DNA of 64,000 nucleotides, taken from NCBI GenBank assembly GCA_943841885.1, contig CALSZZ010000004.1, forward strand, positions 67,973 through 131,972, given 5' to 3'. The translations under genes and the position numbers were made by a program. Positions 1-9,318 of the stretch are shown here, piece after piece (the first letter of the stretch is position 1; each line of letters opens with the position of its first letter). The notes beneath the pieces are model-generated. The model was given only the letters and a program-made list of their open reading frames with translations. It searched no databases and was not told where the DNA came from. The DNA comes from Candidatus Thalassarchaeaceae archaeon (GTDB lineage: Archaea; Thermoplasmatota; Poseidoniia; Poseidoniales; Thalassarchaeaceae).

Positions 1-925
1 GATCTAGTATAATCCCTTCCATACTTTTAAGAGTTCTATTTTCCACTCTTATTTGGACTTTTAAGTGTCCATAATTAGCAAGATATCCTGTGGTAATTGA
101 TAATTTTCTTCCAAGCATTTTTTCTGATGTAATAGATCCAGATGGTCGCATTTCTACTCCTATCTCAATATATCCTTCTGGTGGAATTTCAGGTATTTCT
201 GTCATCTTTGGACTTGTGACCCATCCAAGAGGAGTGGGGATTGACATCCTCATTGGCGACATATTATTATCACCTAAATTTTCTACTGTAATTACCATCA
301 GCCCATTATTTGTACTTTCTGGCCATTTGGAATCTATTGATAGGAAAAAGTGATTAACTAAGAATGGACTTAATGCTTCTCCTGTTGGAACTGAACCTAA
401 AACGCTTATGGCCCTTTCAAAGGCATCTGTAGCTGCTTTAAAATCATCTTGAGCTAATTTTTTTCTTGCTTCTCTTATCAGATTTAATGTTACTTCCTCG
501 GAGTCGCTGAGGTCGCCAAGTTCATTCAAGTGTCTATTTATTATTGACAATGAACGTTTTAGTCCATGAGGGCCTAAAGCTGCAATTGCTTTTTCGACAG
601 AATCAGCCGCGGCACCCCAATTGCCTTCTCTTAAAAATTGTAAACCGACTGTAACAAATTCGGATGAATTTAAATCGTTTTCATTTAATTCATCTAATTC
701 GTCTAATTGCTTAGCTAATGAATTTAATGATCTTGATAATCCCAAAACTTGCTCTTCCAAAAAATCTGTTTCATTACTTAGTTTTTTGAGCATTCTTGAC
801 GCCTTTAATGGTCTATTTTTCCATATAGTATGCTGAATTTGTAGAGATTGTTCATCAATATGATCCAGAATCTTCAAAGTTGCTTCAGCGCCACCAGAAT
901 TACTCAATTCTACTTTCTTACTCAT
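1..925 (-). CDS. hypothetical protein (3' end runs off the window); helical N-terminal half plus CARDB-like beta-sandwich segment, no signal peptide
   Basis: Not in the ORF track because it has no stop in the window. My hand translation of the minus strand from ATG 925-923 stays open to base 1 (MSKKVELSNSGGAEATLKILDHIDEQ...VITVENLGDNNMSPMRMSIPTPLGW...). Its ATG overlaps the TGA (924-922) of the upstream 1670-aa gene as ATGA. Confidence 0.6.
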   Translation of the reverse strand, partial: MSKKVELSNSGGAEATLKILDHIDEQSLQIQHTIWKNRPLKASRMLKKLSNETDFLEEQVLGLSRSLNSLAKQLDELDELNENDLNSSEFVTVGLQFLREGNWGAAADSVEKAIAALGPHGLKRSLSIINRHLNELGDLSDSEEVTLNLIREARKKLAQDDFKAATDAFERAISVLGSVPTGEALSPFLVNHFFLSIDSKWPESTNNGLMVITVENLGDNNMSPMRMSIPTPLGWVTSPKMTEIPEIPPEGYIEIGVEMRPSGSITSEKMLGRKLSITTGYLANYGHLKVQIRVENRTLKSMEGIILD

Positions 926-3900
926 TCAATACCCCCTAAGCGGTTTTTTGGTTGGAAGCGTTTTGTTGAGGTTTGAGACGCTAATATTTTCTTTATTTTC
1001 ATCGCCTTCAATTCTAATTGTCCTAAGTCACCATAGATCTTCTCATATGATCTATCCAGATATCTCAAAACAAGATGTATAATAGCAGGTGAAACTAGTA
1101 TGTAAAATAATAATCCAGATAAACCTGATGAAGTAGTGTCAATGGTCATGTTTGGCTCTATGATTGTAAACAATAAAAAGGTCATTGGAGCACATGATAT
1201 TATCGCTCTTAATTCTCTAAATGTTTTTTTGGATTCAGCATCATGATTAGAAATTGTAGCACGGGCACCTGTTAATGATTTTCTTTTATCATTATAAATT
1301 GCCTGCATTTCAGAAGAACTTGTCCAAGCGATTCTTATAGATATCATTATTGCTAAGAATGCACAAACAATAGGTAACCAAGTGAACCAATTGGTCAAAG
1401 TAAGTGCACCTAAACTAGCAGTAGCAAAATATGATGAGAGTAAAACATAAGAAGGCGTAAAGTCTTTTAATCCATTTCTGTAGAGGTAAATAGAAGCTAG
1501 TAGTAATAGTATTGAAATAAATGCAATGATAGGTACCTTTAGAGTTTCATCTCCAACTTTTACTGTATAACTTGGCGGTTCCCATGATTGGATATTTAAT
1601 TTTTGAGAGCGGATATCATTGCTTACATCGTTACCTTGGAGTTCTACTCCACTACCTGTTAATTGTGCATTACATGTAATTGGTTCTTTTGTTGACCACC
1701 AAGGTATAGACTTAGAGCTTATTTGCCATGATGAATTAAATGTTGCTTGAGAAGTTAACTGAGGTATGACCTGTGAACCAGAGGAAAACGAATTTAGATA
1801 TTCTCCATTACAATAAACTGATATCTCAGAACCCAACGGTAAAATTGCGTCTCCAGCATTCTTGACTTCAACAATCAGTGTTCCAGTCTTTCCTTCTATC
1901 AATGGAGCCTCTAAAAATCTCATCTCTAGAATCATGGGGTCTGAAGTATCTGTAGTAGTCAAATTTATTGTGAAATCTGTCCAATATTGCGCAGTATCAA
2001 ATGGATCACCTAGATTTTTTAGTCTAAATGTCATTTTATAACCATCATCGGCAGCTAATTCATCTGTCTCAGGCATTATGAATTTTAGATCAAATGTAGT
2101 GCTTGAATCATAAGGCTGAACTGGAGGGAAATTTTTTCCTTCAAAATCCTGAGATAATATATCATCATCAATAAAGAAAACCCAAATTGCTTGAGGATTA
2201 TCACTTGTTTCTATATGCCTAGAAGAGGACAATAGAGTAATATTGTATACTACAGAGGATTCATCTGTTTGGCCAAGATGAGGGACGTGCATCCAAGGAA
2301 TCCTCAGTATTCTGCATCTTTCTCCTTCATCCTCAGGACAGGATAAGAGTCCGTCATCCCAAGTGCTAATAGCTCCCGTATCAATTATAATATCATCATC
2401 AGATTGTATTCTAACGATTTCTATAGGGGTACTGAAAGATGTTGTTTGTTCTGAGTCATCATCCGAAGTAAATATAATGTCAAATGTTCCACTTTCTCCT
2501 ACATAGTGATCAGAGGCTACAGGGGTTATTTCTAATGAAATTGAATAACTCTCTTCTATTTGAATAATAAATTGAGTAGAGGGGAGGTTTGGATATGAAA
2601 CCTGCCACCTAGATTCTTCTGTAACGCTTAACTGAGAGCTCATAGAAATTCTTGCAGGTGCATTTCCGGCGTTCTTTATAGTATAATCAAAAATCCTAGT
2701 TTGTCCAGGAACCATATTCATATAATCTGAAGAAGCATCTATAATTAATTCGAAATATGGTTCGATTGTAATCACAAGATTGGTTATTCCTAATAACATA
2801 TAATCGCCATTCACCTCTGTAAAGTCGTAGGAAAATATTTGTACTGGAATATTAATTATAGTTCCTGCCTCAAGCATTACATTCGGACCTAGTTGAGGAG
2901 ATGTGAAATTTAATTGAACTGGTACACTATTATCATTTCCAGGTTCTATTGAAATATTCTCATCGCCCTCATATGTCCATACTCCTGATTCAGGATTAGA
3001 GGGTAAAAGAGGGATAAAGGAAACATTGTTCTCAAGTAAGTTACCGAGATTAATTAGATTAAAATCTGCATTGATTGTCTTTCCTGGTTGGACAAAATAA
3101 GTCGTACTACCTATAAGATTTAATGCATGATCAGGATTGACGGTTACTAACATGGTTACACTGTCCAGTAAAGAATTATTATTTATTAATTCTAAATCAA
3201 AGGTAGTTGACTGATCTGCTCGTGCATCATTTGATGCTTTAGCATAAACTCTAATGATTGAAGTTGCTCCAGGTGCAACTATTACGGTTTTCATTAAATC
3301 TATTATAGTATCATCTTCATTGAATGTTATTTGTAAATAGTTTGTATCTGTATTTTGTAAATTCAAGAGAAATGTTTGATTAGAATTACCGGTATTATTT
3401 AATTCAAACATTATTGTAGAGGTACCTAATCGATCTAAAATTGCTATTTCTGATCCTGTATTCAAATTGGCATTAATCAATTCATCTAATTGGAATTTAG
3501 CGGTTGCATATGCGAGTATTTCTGCTGGTTGATCTGTTGGATCATTCTCATCTTCTGGTTCGTGCTCATAATCACAAACACCTAGGTCTCTTTTAGTACA
3601 AGCATAAATCATTATTTCATGTATTTTCTCAGCACTCGCTGTTGGAGGTGGTGTTGCTGATACGGTAAAAACTGTTTCATATGGAACAGTACAAGAACTA
3701 CCAATACCACAAAATCCCTCTATTCGAGATTTTATTGTTGTTGTGGTACTTATTGACACAGTCCAGCCGGGTTCTGCAACATAATTTAAATCGAATATAT
3801 CAGGTGCATTACCCATATTCTTTAGTGTCATTTCTGCAACTATAGAGGTATCAGGTGCACCGGTTCCTATGGTTTTTGAAATTAAACCTGCTTCGTTTAT

Positions 3901-5934
3901 TTTTGGTATATCAAATGCTACTGAAGTTGAATTATTTGAAGTTTGAATAGTATTTCCATTGTATTCTTCAAGAACAAAGGTAGTTTCAGCCGCTACGCTA
4001 AAAGTTAATTCTCCAGCTGCAGGATAGGGGAAGTTTACATTCGATACATGACGCATAGTTATTACTCCGTACCCAGTAGCTCCAACACCTAAACTCATAG
4101 TAGATGGGCTGATTCCAATTGTCCATCTAAGTTCTTCATATTGTGCTGCTCCCTTAACTGATGCATTGTGTATCAAATCTTTTTGAACTAAATTAATTTG
4201 GGCAGTCCCATCAGTTTCCGAGGCAAGATTATTTTTTGTCTGTACTCTAAACTTAAGAGCTCTATTAACTGATAAGGCTGTTATTTCTTCAGATGTAACT
4301 TCTTCTAAACAAACTGAATAATTTTTATTCTGGGGGCATGTATCGATCAAGGGTTGATCATTTTCATCTAATATTTCAAAATCGACTTCTACTTTTGGTA
4401 GAACATGTATGGATGTAGTGGCAATAACATCTAAGCCACCAGAAAGAGGTATTGCCTGAATTCGAAAGGTCAACATTAGATCGGCGTTTATTTTCCATAT
4501 TGATTGAAGTGGTATTTCCATATCAGGAAGAGTAAATGTTACTGGTATTGTTATATTTTCACCCGGTAATAAAATATTTGTTAACGTAACAGGGGAATTA
4601 ATTGACCAATAAGGAACAGATTCTAGCATTGCGGCGTTTATTTCATATTGAGCGGGGGCCGTACCTGTGTTATTCAATATGTAGTCATGAGTGAAATCTT
4701 CGCCACCTGGTTCAACATTAAAATGATCTATTCCTTCTGGGTGAGAACTATTCTGGGTAATGGTTCCCTGGAATAATTCACCAGCCATTATTATTACAGT
4801 ACTTTCCAAAAGTAAATTATTACTTTGAGATAGTACTGATAAGGTAACCATCTCTGAGTCACTTATGTCTGCATCAAGTGGAACTTGTACTGGAATTCTG
4901 ATGACTGTAGAATCTCCAGAGGCGAGACTTAAGGGTTGAGAATTGGAATAAATGATTTCTGCTTGTTTGACCCAGCCACTAATATTTGTTTGTGAAACCT
5001 CAAATGTTTCCGGTAGACTACCAGCATTTTGTAATAGGAATGAAAGATTTGTCCATTCTCCAGGATCTATATTCCTATCGATTGGAGTAGATAATACTGC
5101 ATTTGAAAAATCAAAAGATACTGAGATTGAAGATATAGGAATAGTTGTAGTACTATCTGCACCAGATACTGCAATGAAGCCAGATATAGTATATTCACCT
5201 TCTAATGGAGTTCCATCAAATGAAATATCTATGTTTGTCAACGTAGCAGGACTGGAAAGACTACCGACCGGTAGTTGTATTGTTGATGACGAAATAGAGG
5301 TTGAGTCGCCTCCGAGTGTTGGATTAAGTAATAATTGAGCTGTTACATTAACAGGTAATGTACCCGAATTTACCATTGAGATTGTTCCTGACCACAATCC
5401 TTTTGCTAAAACATCATCATTATTGGGTAAAGTATCTGCAACATGACTAGCATCTTCTATGTCAGCTACTTCTACATTAGATAGGACCAATTGATCATTA
5501 TTAGAATTTGAGTCTGATTCTGTAGTATCAATAGCCCAGGTCGCTATTAATGAAATACCTGAAGAAGACGTGGTTGCATCCCAATACATAAGATGATTAG
5601 AAGTCCACCCAGAAGAAATTGAAATATCTCGGCTATCGACTTCAGATAAAACTGATCCATCATTTACTGATAATGTAAGTGTTCCATTTGCATCAGTTCC
5701 TCCGAAATTTACAATAGTTACTCGAATAATGTGGTTCATTGGAGATACTGTTGGGACAGCCCCAACGTAAACGGAAGGCGTAGTCACGTCCAATTGAGTA
5801 ACTGCAACATCAGCACTTGAAGAATCCGTTGAAGATATGGTTTCAGATTTTAACGTTCCTTCATTAGTATATGGCAATATTGAAAGTACCATTATGGTAA
5901 CTATTAAAATCGCTTTAACTTTCATAATATCCAA
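922..5934 (-). CDS. giant cell-surface protein with repeated CARDB-like beta-sandwich domains and a C-terminal polytopic membrane module
   Basis: 1670-aa ORF. N-terminal signal-like segment MKVKAILIVTIMVLSILPYTNEG. At least nine CARDB-type strand motifs (IVNFGGTDANG, MVNSGTLPVN, LQNAGSLPETF, LNNTGTAPAQY, LKNMGNAPDIF, LNNTGNSNQTF, LINLGNLLEN, IKNAGNAPARI, VKNAGDAILP). The last ~300 aa contain about five hydrophobic helices (IIAFISILLLLASIYLY, WLPIVCAFLAIMISIRIAW, LSGLLFYILVSPAIIHLVL and others). Confidence 0.8.
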   Translation of the reverse strand: MDIMKVKAILIVTIMVLSILPYTNEGTLKSETISSTDSSSADVAVTQLDVTTPSVYVGAVPTVSPMNHIIRVTIVNFGGTDANGTLTLSVNDGSVLSEVDSRDISISSGWTSNHLMYWDATTSSSGISLIATWAIDTTESDSNSNNDQLVLSNVEVADIEDASHVADTLPNNDDVLAKGLWSGTISMVNSGTLPVNVTAQLLLNPTLGGDSTSISSSTIQLPVGSLSSPATLTNIDISFDGTPLEGEYTISGFIAVSGADSTTTIPISSISVSFDFSNAVLSTPIDRNIDPGEWTNLSFLLQNAGSLPETFEVSQTNISGWVKQAEIIYSNSQPLSLASGDSTVIRIPVQVPLDADISDSEMVTLSVLSQSNNLLLESTVIIMAGELFQGTITQNSSHPEGIDHFNVEPGGEDFTHDYILNNTGTAPAQYEINAAMLESVPYWSINSPVTLTNILLPGENITIPVTFTLPDMEIPLQSIWKINADLMLTFRIQAIPLSGGLDVIATTSIHVLPKVEVDFEILDENDQPLIDTCPQNKNYSVCLEEVTSEEITALSVNRALKFRVQTKNNLASETDGTAQINLVQKDLIHNASVKGAAQYEELRWTIGISPSTMSLGVGATGYGVITMRHVSNVNFPYPAAGELTFSVAAETTFVLEEYNGNTIQTSNNSTSVAFDIPKINEAGLISKTIGTGAPDTSIVAEMTLKNMGNAPDIFDLNYVAEPGWTVSISTTTTIKSRIEGFCGIGSSCTVPYETVFTVSATPPPTASAEKIHEIMIYACTKRDLGVCDYEHEPEDENDPTDQPAEILAYATAKFQLDELINANLNTGSEIAILDRLGTSTIMFELNNTGNSNQTFLLNLQNTDTNYLQITFNEDDTIIDLMKTVIVAPGATSIIRVYAKASNDARADQSTTFDLELINNNSLLDSVTMLVTVNPDHALNLIGSTTYFVQPGKTINADFNLINLGNLLENNVSFIPLLPSNPESGVWTYEGDENISIEPGNDNSVPVQLNFTSPQLGPNVMLEAGTIINIPVQIFSYDFTEVNGDYMLLGITNLVITIEPYFELIIDASSDYMNMVPGQTRIFDYTIKNAGNAPARISMSSQLSVTEESRWQVSYPNLPSTQFIIQIEESYSISLEITPVASDHYVGESGTFDIIFTSDDDSEQTTSFSTPIEIVRIQSDDDIIIDTGAISTWDDGLLSCPEDEGERCRILRIPWMHVPHLGQTDESSVVYNITLLSSSRHIETSDNPQAIWVFFIDDDILSQDFEGKNFPPVQPYDSSTTFDLKFIMPETDELAADDGYKMTFRLKNLGDPFDTAQYWTDFTINLTTTDTSDPMILEMRFLEAPLIEGKTGTLIVEVKNAGDAILPLGSEISVYCNGEYLNSFSSGSQVIPQLTSQATFNSSWQISSKSIPWWSTKEPITCNAQLTGSGVELQGNDVSNDIRSQKLNIQSWEPPSYTVKVGDETLKVPIIAFISILLLLASIYLYRNGLKDFTPSYVLLSSYFATASLGALTLTNWFTWLPIVCAFLAIMISIRIAWTSSSEMQAIYNDKRKSLTGARATISNHDAESKKTFRELRAIISCAPMTFLLFTIIEPNMTIDTTSSGLSGLLFYILVSPAIIHLVLRYLDRSYEKIYGDLGQLELKAMKIKKILASQTSTKRFQPKNRLGGIE

Positions 5935-6101
5935 TCCAAAAAATATACTTCTACAAATCTAGTGTAGCCTAATGGCAATACGCCCGTATGTAGAGGAGAG
6001 TTGACTCGGATATGAAATACACGGTTATAAAATTGATTTGACATGTCTAAAGTAGTTAATTTAACCGATGTTATGAAAAGACGGAGCACGGGTTCGGAAG
6101 T

Positions 6102-7262
6102 GTGGACCTAGTTTCGCTTGTCGTCGTTGTGACGATTATTGGTTTATTTTTACAGGGTATGTATAGGATACTCTTAGGTGGGAAAAGGAGGGCTATTCTA
6201 CCCCCAACAGAAATTAACGTACCCGGATATGAATCAGAATCTGTACAACTACGTAATCAAAGACGAAGTGGTCGAAGGTCAGATAGATCTGATGTTTCTT
6301 TACCTTCAGAAGGGTTAGGAGAAGGTGGTGGAATATTAGGGGAAGGAATACAAGAAGCCGTCATTAATGAAGAAGGTGTCTCCGCCTTTAGTGAAAGACT
6401 TGAGAGAGAAGGAGCAAAGAGAGGATCAGTACAAATTAGTCTGTTATGGAATAATTGGAATGATTTGGATTTGCATGTAATAACGCCATCAGGAGAACAT
6501 ATTTTCCATGATAATAGGAAATCTGCATGCGGAGGAGAACTAGATTTAGACATGAATTTTAAACCAACTTCTAAGACTCCAGTGGAAAATATAGTTTGGA
6601 CAAAAACGCCTCCATCAGGAACATACAGGGTTGGAGTAAGACACTATAGAATACAACATAAAAATAGACTATTATCAAAAATACCCATAATCTCAAGACT
6701 TGTATTAAAAAATGAGACAGATTTCAAAGTCAGAGTAACTATAGGGAAGACTCAAAGAGTTTATGAAGGAAAGATTAATCATAATAAAATAAATAACGAG
6801 TTACTATTTATAGCGAAATTTGCCATTGCAGAAATGGCTGTTGGAGAATCAAAACCCAAAGAATTAGTTTTAGAAAATGAAAATAAACAAGATTTAAAGG
6901 ACGAGTCCGAAAGTATAAAGTTAGCAGAATCAACTGTGGAAATGACTTGGGATACTTCTAGTGATCTTGGATTGAGTCTGCAAAAACCTGATGGTCAAAT
7001 GATTTCTTTCTTGGATATTGGAAAAAATGAAGATATAACTTTTAAATTAGATGAAGCTGGTAGAAAACAATCTATAGAATTAAATAAACCAATCAAAGGC
7101 TCATATTCTGTATTCGTTGAAGAATATGAAACAGTTAATGATAATGGGCCTACAAATTATAATGTAATTATAAATCAAAAAGATGGCACAAAAGAAAATT
7201 TTGAAGGTGAAATTAGCCATGAAGAAGGCAAGATAGAAATCGGAAATTTCGAAATAAAATAA
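6102..7262 (+). CDS. membrane-anchored protein with two YfaP/DUF2135-like beta-sandwich domains
   Basis: GTG start. One N-terminal TM (LVSLVVVVTIIGLFLQGMYRILLGG) followed by KRR. Domain 1 is ISLLWNNWNDLDLHVITPSGEHIFHDNRKSACGGELDLDMN...PVENIVW...GTYRVGVRHY. A degenerate second copy is VEMTWDTSSDLGLSLQKPDGQMISF...GSYSVFVEEY. The family assignment is from memory of the DUF2135 motif. Confidence 0.6.
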   Translation: MDLVSLVVVVTIIGLFLQGMYRILLGGKRRAILPPTEINVPGYESESVQLRNQRRSGRRSDRSDVSLPSEGLGEGGGILGEGIQEAVINEEGVSAFSERLEREGAKRGSVQISLLWNNWNDLDLHVITPSGEHIFHDNRKSACGGELDLDMNFKPTSKTPVENIVWTKTPPSGTYRVGVRHYRIQHKNRLLSKIPIISRLVLKNETDFKVRVTIGKTQRVYEGKINHNKINNELLFIAKFAIAEMAVGESKPKELVLENENKQDLKDESESIKLAESTVEMTWDTSSDLGLSLQKPDGQMISFLDIGKNEDITFKLDEAGRKQSIELNKPIKGSYSVFVEEYETVNDNGPTNYNVIINQKDGTKENFEGEISHEEGKIEIGNFEIK

Positions 7263-7277
7263 TTTGTGATTTAGTCT

Positions 7278-8072
7278 TTAATAATCTATATTTATTATTT
7301 TTAATATCTTTTCCATCCATTTTAATTTTGACATTTTCAGTTTATTATTAGTAACTCCAGACCATTGTCCTACAATATCTGTTCTTGTCCCTATAATTAA
7401 TATTCTTTCCTTCGGAACTCCAATCGAACGGATGAAGCACACTGCTCTATCACCATCTGTGAAACCTCCAAAGTTATACATACCTTCAATTTTATCAGGT
7501 AATTGGTGGGTTAATATTAATTTGAGTTTGGTATTATATGAAATAGAGTCATCAATAACTTTACTCCATGAAGAAATGTTATCTCCGTGTGCATGAAGTA
7601 TTACAGGTACTTCATTTTGAATTGCAAGAGTCAATCCTAATCCTCCATCGCCATCACTTACGACACAAACAGAACGAGCCCATGCAACTTCTGCTAATGA
7701 GTCAGACAAAGTAGAAAATACTGCACCTGAACCATCGGCTAGTATGAAAAAATTATTACTTTTTAAAAGTTCAATAATTTCTAACGAGGTAACAGCTGCG
7801 CCAATAATTACTATTTTATCTTTATTTGAATATAATTTTTCAATGATATTCTGTAGATGATTTTCTCTGTTGATAGGTGACCAGTTATTGACATTTGATG
7901 CATCTATTTTATCTAGTAATTTTCTTGCACTTTTTATATCAGCGCTCAAACTCCATTCGAAATATTTTCTTATATCATCTTGAATTTTAATTAATTCATA
8001 ATTATTCTGTTCAGGCCTTTCTTTGAGTGGAGACATATTGACCTTTCCCATTTGAGTGGACATAGTGAGCAT
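7278..8072 (-). CDS. mptE: 6-hydroxymethyl-7,8-dihydropterin pyrophosphokinase, archaeal MptE type (DUF115)
   Basis: Motifs IIGAAVTSL, ILADGSGAV, VVSDGDGG, HAHGDN and NFGGFTDGDRA match the MptE/DUF115 pattern. The true start may be an internal Met. Confidence 0.7.
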   Translation of the reverse strand: MLTMSTQMGKVNMSPLKERPEQNNYELIKIQDDIRKYFEWSLSADIKSARKLLDKIDASNVNNWSPINRENHLQNIIEKLYSNKDKIVIIGAAVTSLEIIELLKSNNFFILADGSGAVFSTLSDSLAEVAWARSVCVVSDGDGGLGLTLAIQNEVPVILHAHGDNISSWSKVIDDSISYNTKLKLILTHQLPDKIEGMYNFGGFTDGDRAVCFIRSIGVPKERILIIGTRTDIVGQWSGVTNNKLKMSKLKWMEKILKIINIDY

Positions 8073-8102
8073 TGAAGAACCCTAGGGGTACATAGAGCCT
8101 TC

Positions 8103-9302
8103 ATGCCACCTATGCCGCTTGAGTTACCTGAGATTGGTGATGAAGGTTTATTGGCAAGATATTCATTCCTACCACAGAGTAAAAATTATGTTAAAAAATT
8201 ATTAAAAGATAATGATATAACTATAGAACAACTGATAGAAGCACCGTGGCTTGAGGATATTCGAGCGAGGGGTCGTATTAGATTAGTAGAAAGTATAACC
8301 CATAAAGGCGGTCTCAAGTCAGTAGAAACTGTCGATTTATCTACTGAAATAGGAAGAATGACAGAAAGTTTATCATTCTTACATGCAATGTTAGTTATTT
8401 GTTCTTCATTTGATGAAAGATTACTGGGGAGATGGATTGAAGGTGAATCTAGTAGAGCAGATTATTTATTAGGAATGGATGATAAAAATTTTATGTTAAT
8501 AGCTAAAACCTATTTTTCAGGGATAAGGGAAGAAAAAAATGAAACTGGTAATTCCATTTATTGGATTCCATTAAGTGATTTTATCGAACTATGTCCAAGA
8601 ATATCTGGGAATTATTGGAGATTAATTAATCGATCTGTAAAAGATGGATGGGTTTGTATGGATTCAGGAGCAGGAGAAACTAGCAGACAGCGGACTTCTA
8701 GGATTTTAAAGGAAAGAATACGTGAAAATCTAAAAGAAACGTGTTCAGAAAGAATGGAGAAAATGGATGATGAGTTTGCCGCTCAATTTTCCTCTTCTGT
8801 AGAAAGAATAATTGGATTATTTTCAGAAAGAGTTCAGGCAGAAATGCCAATAAGTGCAGCAAAAAGAGATGAGTGGCCGCCTTGTTTTGAGTTGGCAGTT
8901 TCAGAATTGAATCAAGGAGTAAATGTAAATCATACAGGTCGTGTTTTCTTAGCAGCCATGTCTAGATCAATGGGCTTTTCTCAAGAAGAGGTTTTGGCAT
9001 TTTTCTCAAATGCACCAGACTTTAGTGCAGAAACAAGCGGATATCAGATAAATCAAATATATGAAAGAGAATATACTCCTCATGGTTGTTCCGCATTGAA
9101 AACAGGAGCCAGATGTCCAGTACAAAGAGGCGATGATACACTTTGTGATCAAGAATGGATGACTCACCCCCTAAAATATCTAAGAGCAAAACAGAGAAGA
9201 AGATATAATGAAGGTCTGAATCAAAATAAAGATATGGGAGCAGAGGATGATGCTGAAGTGTCCAATTCCTCATTGCTAATATCTAGAAATGAAAGAATAT
9301 AA
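8103..9302 (+). CDS. priL: DNA primase large (regulatory) subunit PriL
   Basis: WPPCFELAVSEL...NHTGRVFLAAMSRSMGFSQEEVLAFF...YTPHGCSALKTGARCP is the Fe-S cluster region typical of archaeal/eukaryotic PriL. Confidence 0.8.
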   Translation: MPPMPLELPEIGDEGLLARYSFLPQSKNYVKKLLKDNDITIEQLIEAPWLEDIRARGRIRLVESITHKGGLKSVETVDLSTEIGRMTESLSFLHAMLVICSSFDERLLGRWIEGESSRADYLLGMDDKNFMLIAKTYFSGIREEKNETGNSIYWIPLSDFIELCPRISGNYWRLINRSVKDGWVCMDSGAGETSRQRTSRILKERIRENLKETCSERMEKMDDEFAAQFSSSVERIIGLFSERVQAEMPISAAKRDEWPPCFELAVSELNQGVNVNHTGRVFLAAMSRSMGFSQEEVLAFFSNAPDFSAETSGYQINQIYEREYTPHGCSALKTGARCPVQRGDDTLCDQEWMTHPLKYLRAKQRRRYNEGLNQNKDMGAEDDAEVSNSSLLISRNERI

Positions 9303-9318
9303 ATAAAGGAGAGAGTAA

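Noticed and set aside
4952-5338. 128-aa plus-strand ORF inside the 1670-aa minus-strand gene
   Set aside because: It is an antisense shadow ORF fully contained in a gene with strong domain evidence. It has no recognisable motifs.
5963-5985. tRNA-like D-arm sequence (GTGTAGCCTAATGGCAATACGCC) in the divergent promoter region
   Set aside because: I could not fold a D stem, an anticodon arm or a T arm (no GTTCRAAT) around it. It is probably chance similarity.
922-7262. Alpha-2-macroglobulin-type system, suggested by the YfaP/DUF2135-like neighbour
   Set aside because: Neither giant protein contains a CGEQ thioester motif or recognisable A2M domains. The repeats are CARDB-like.
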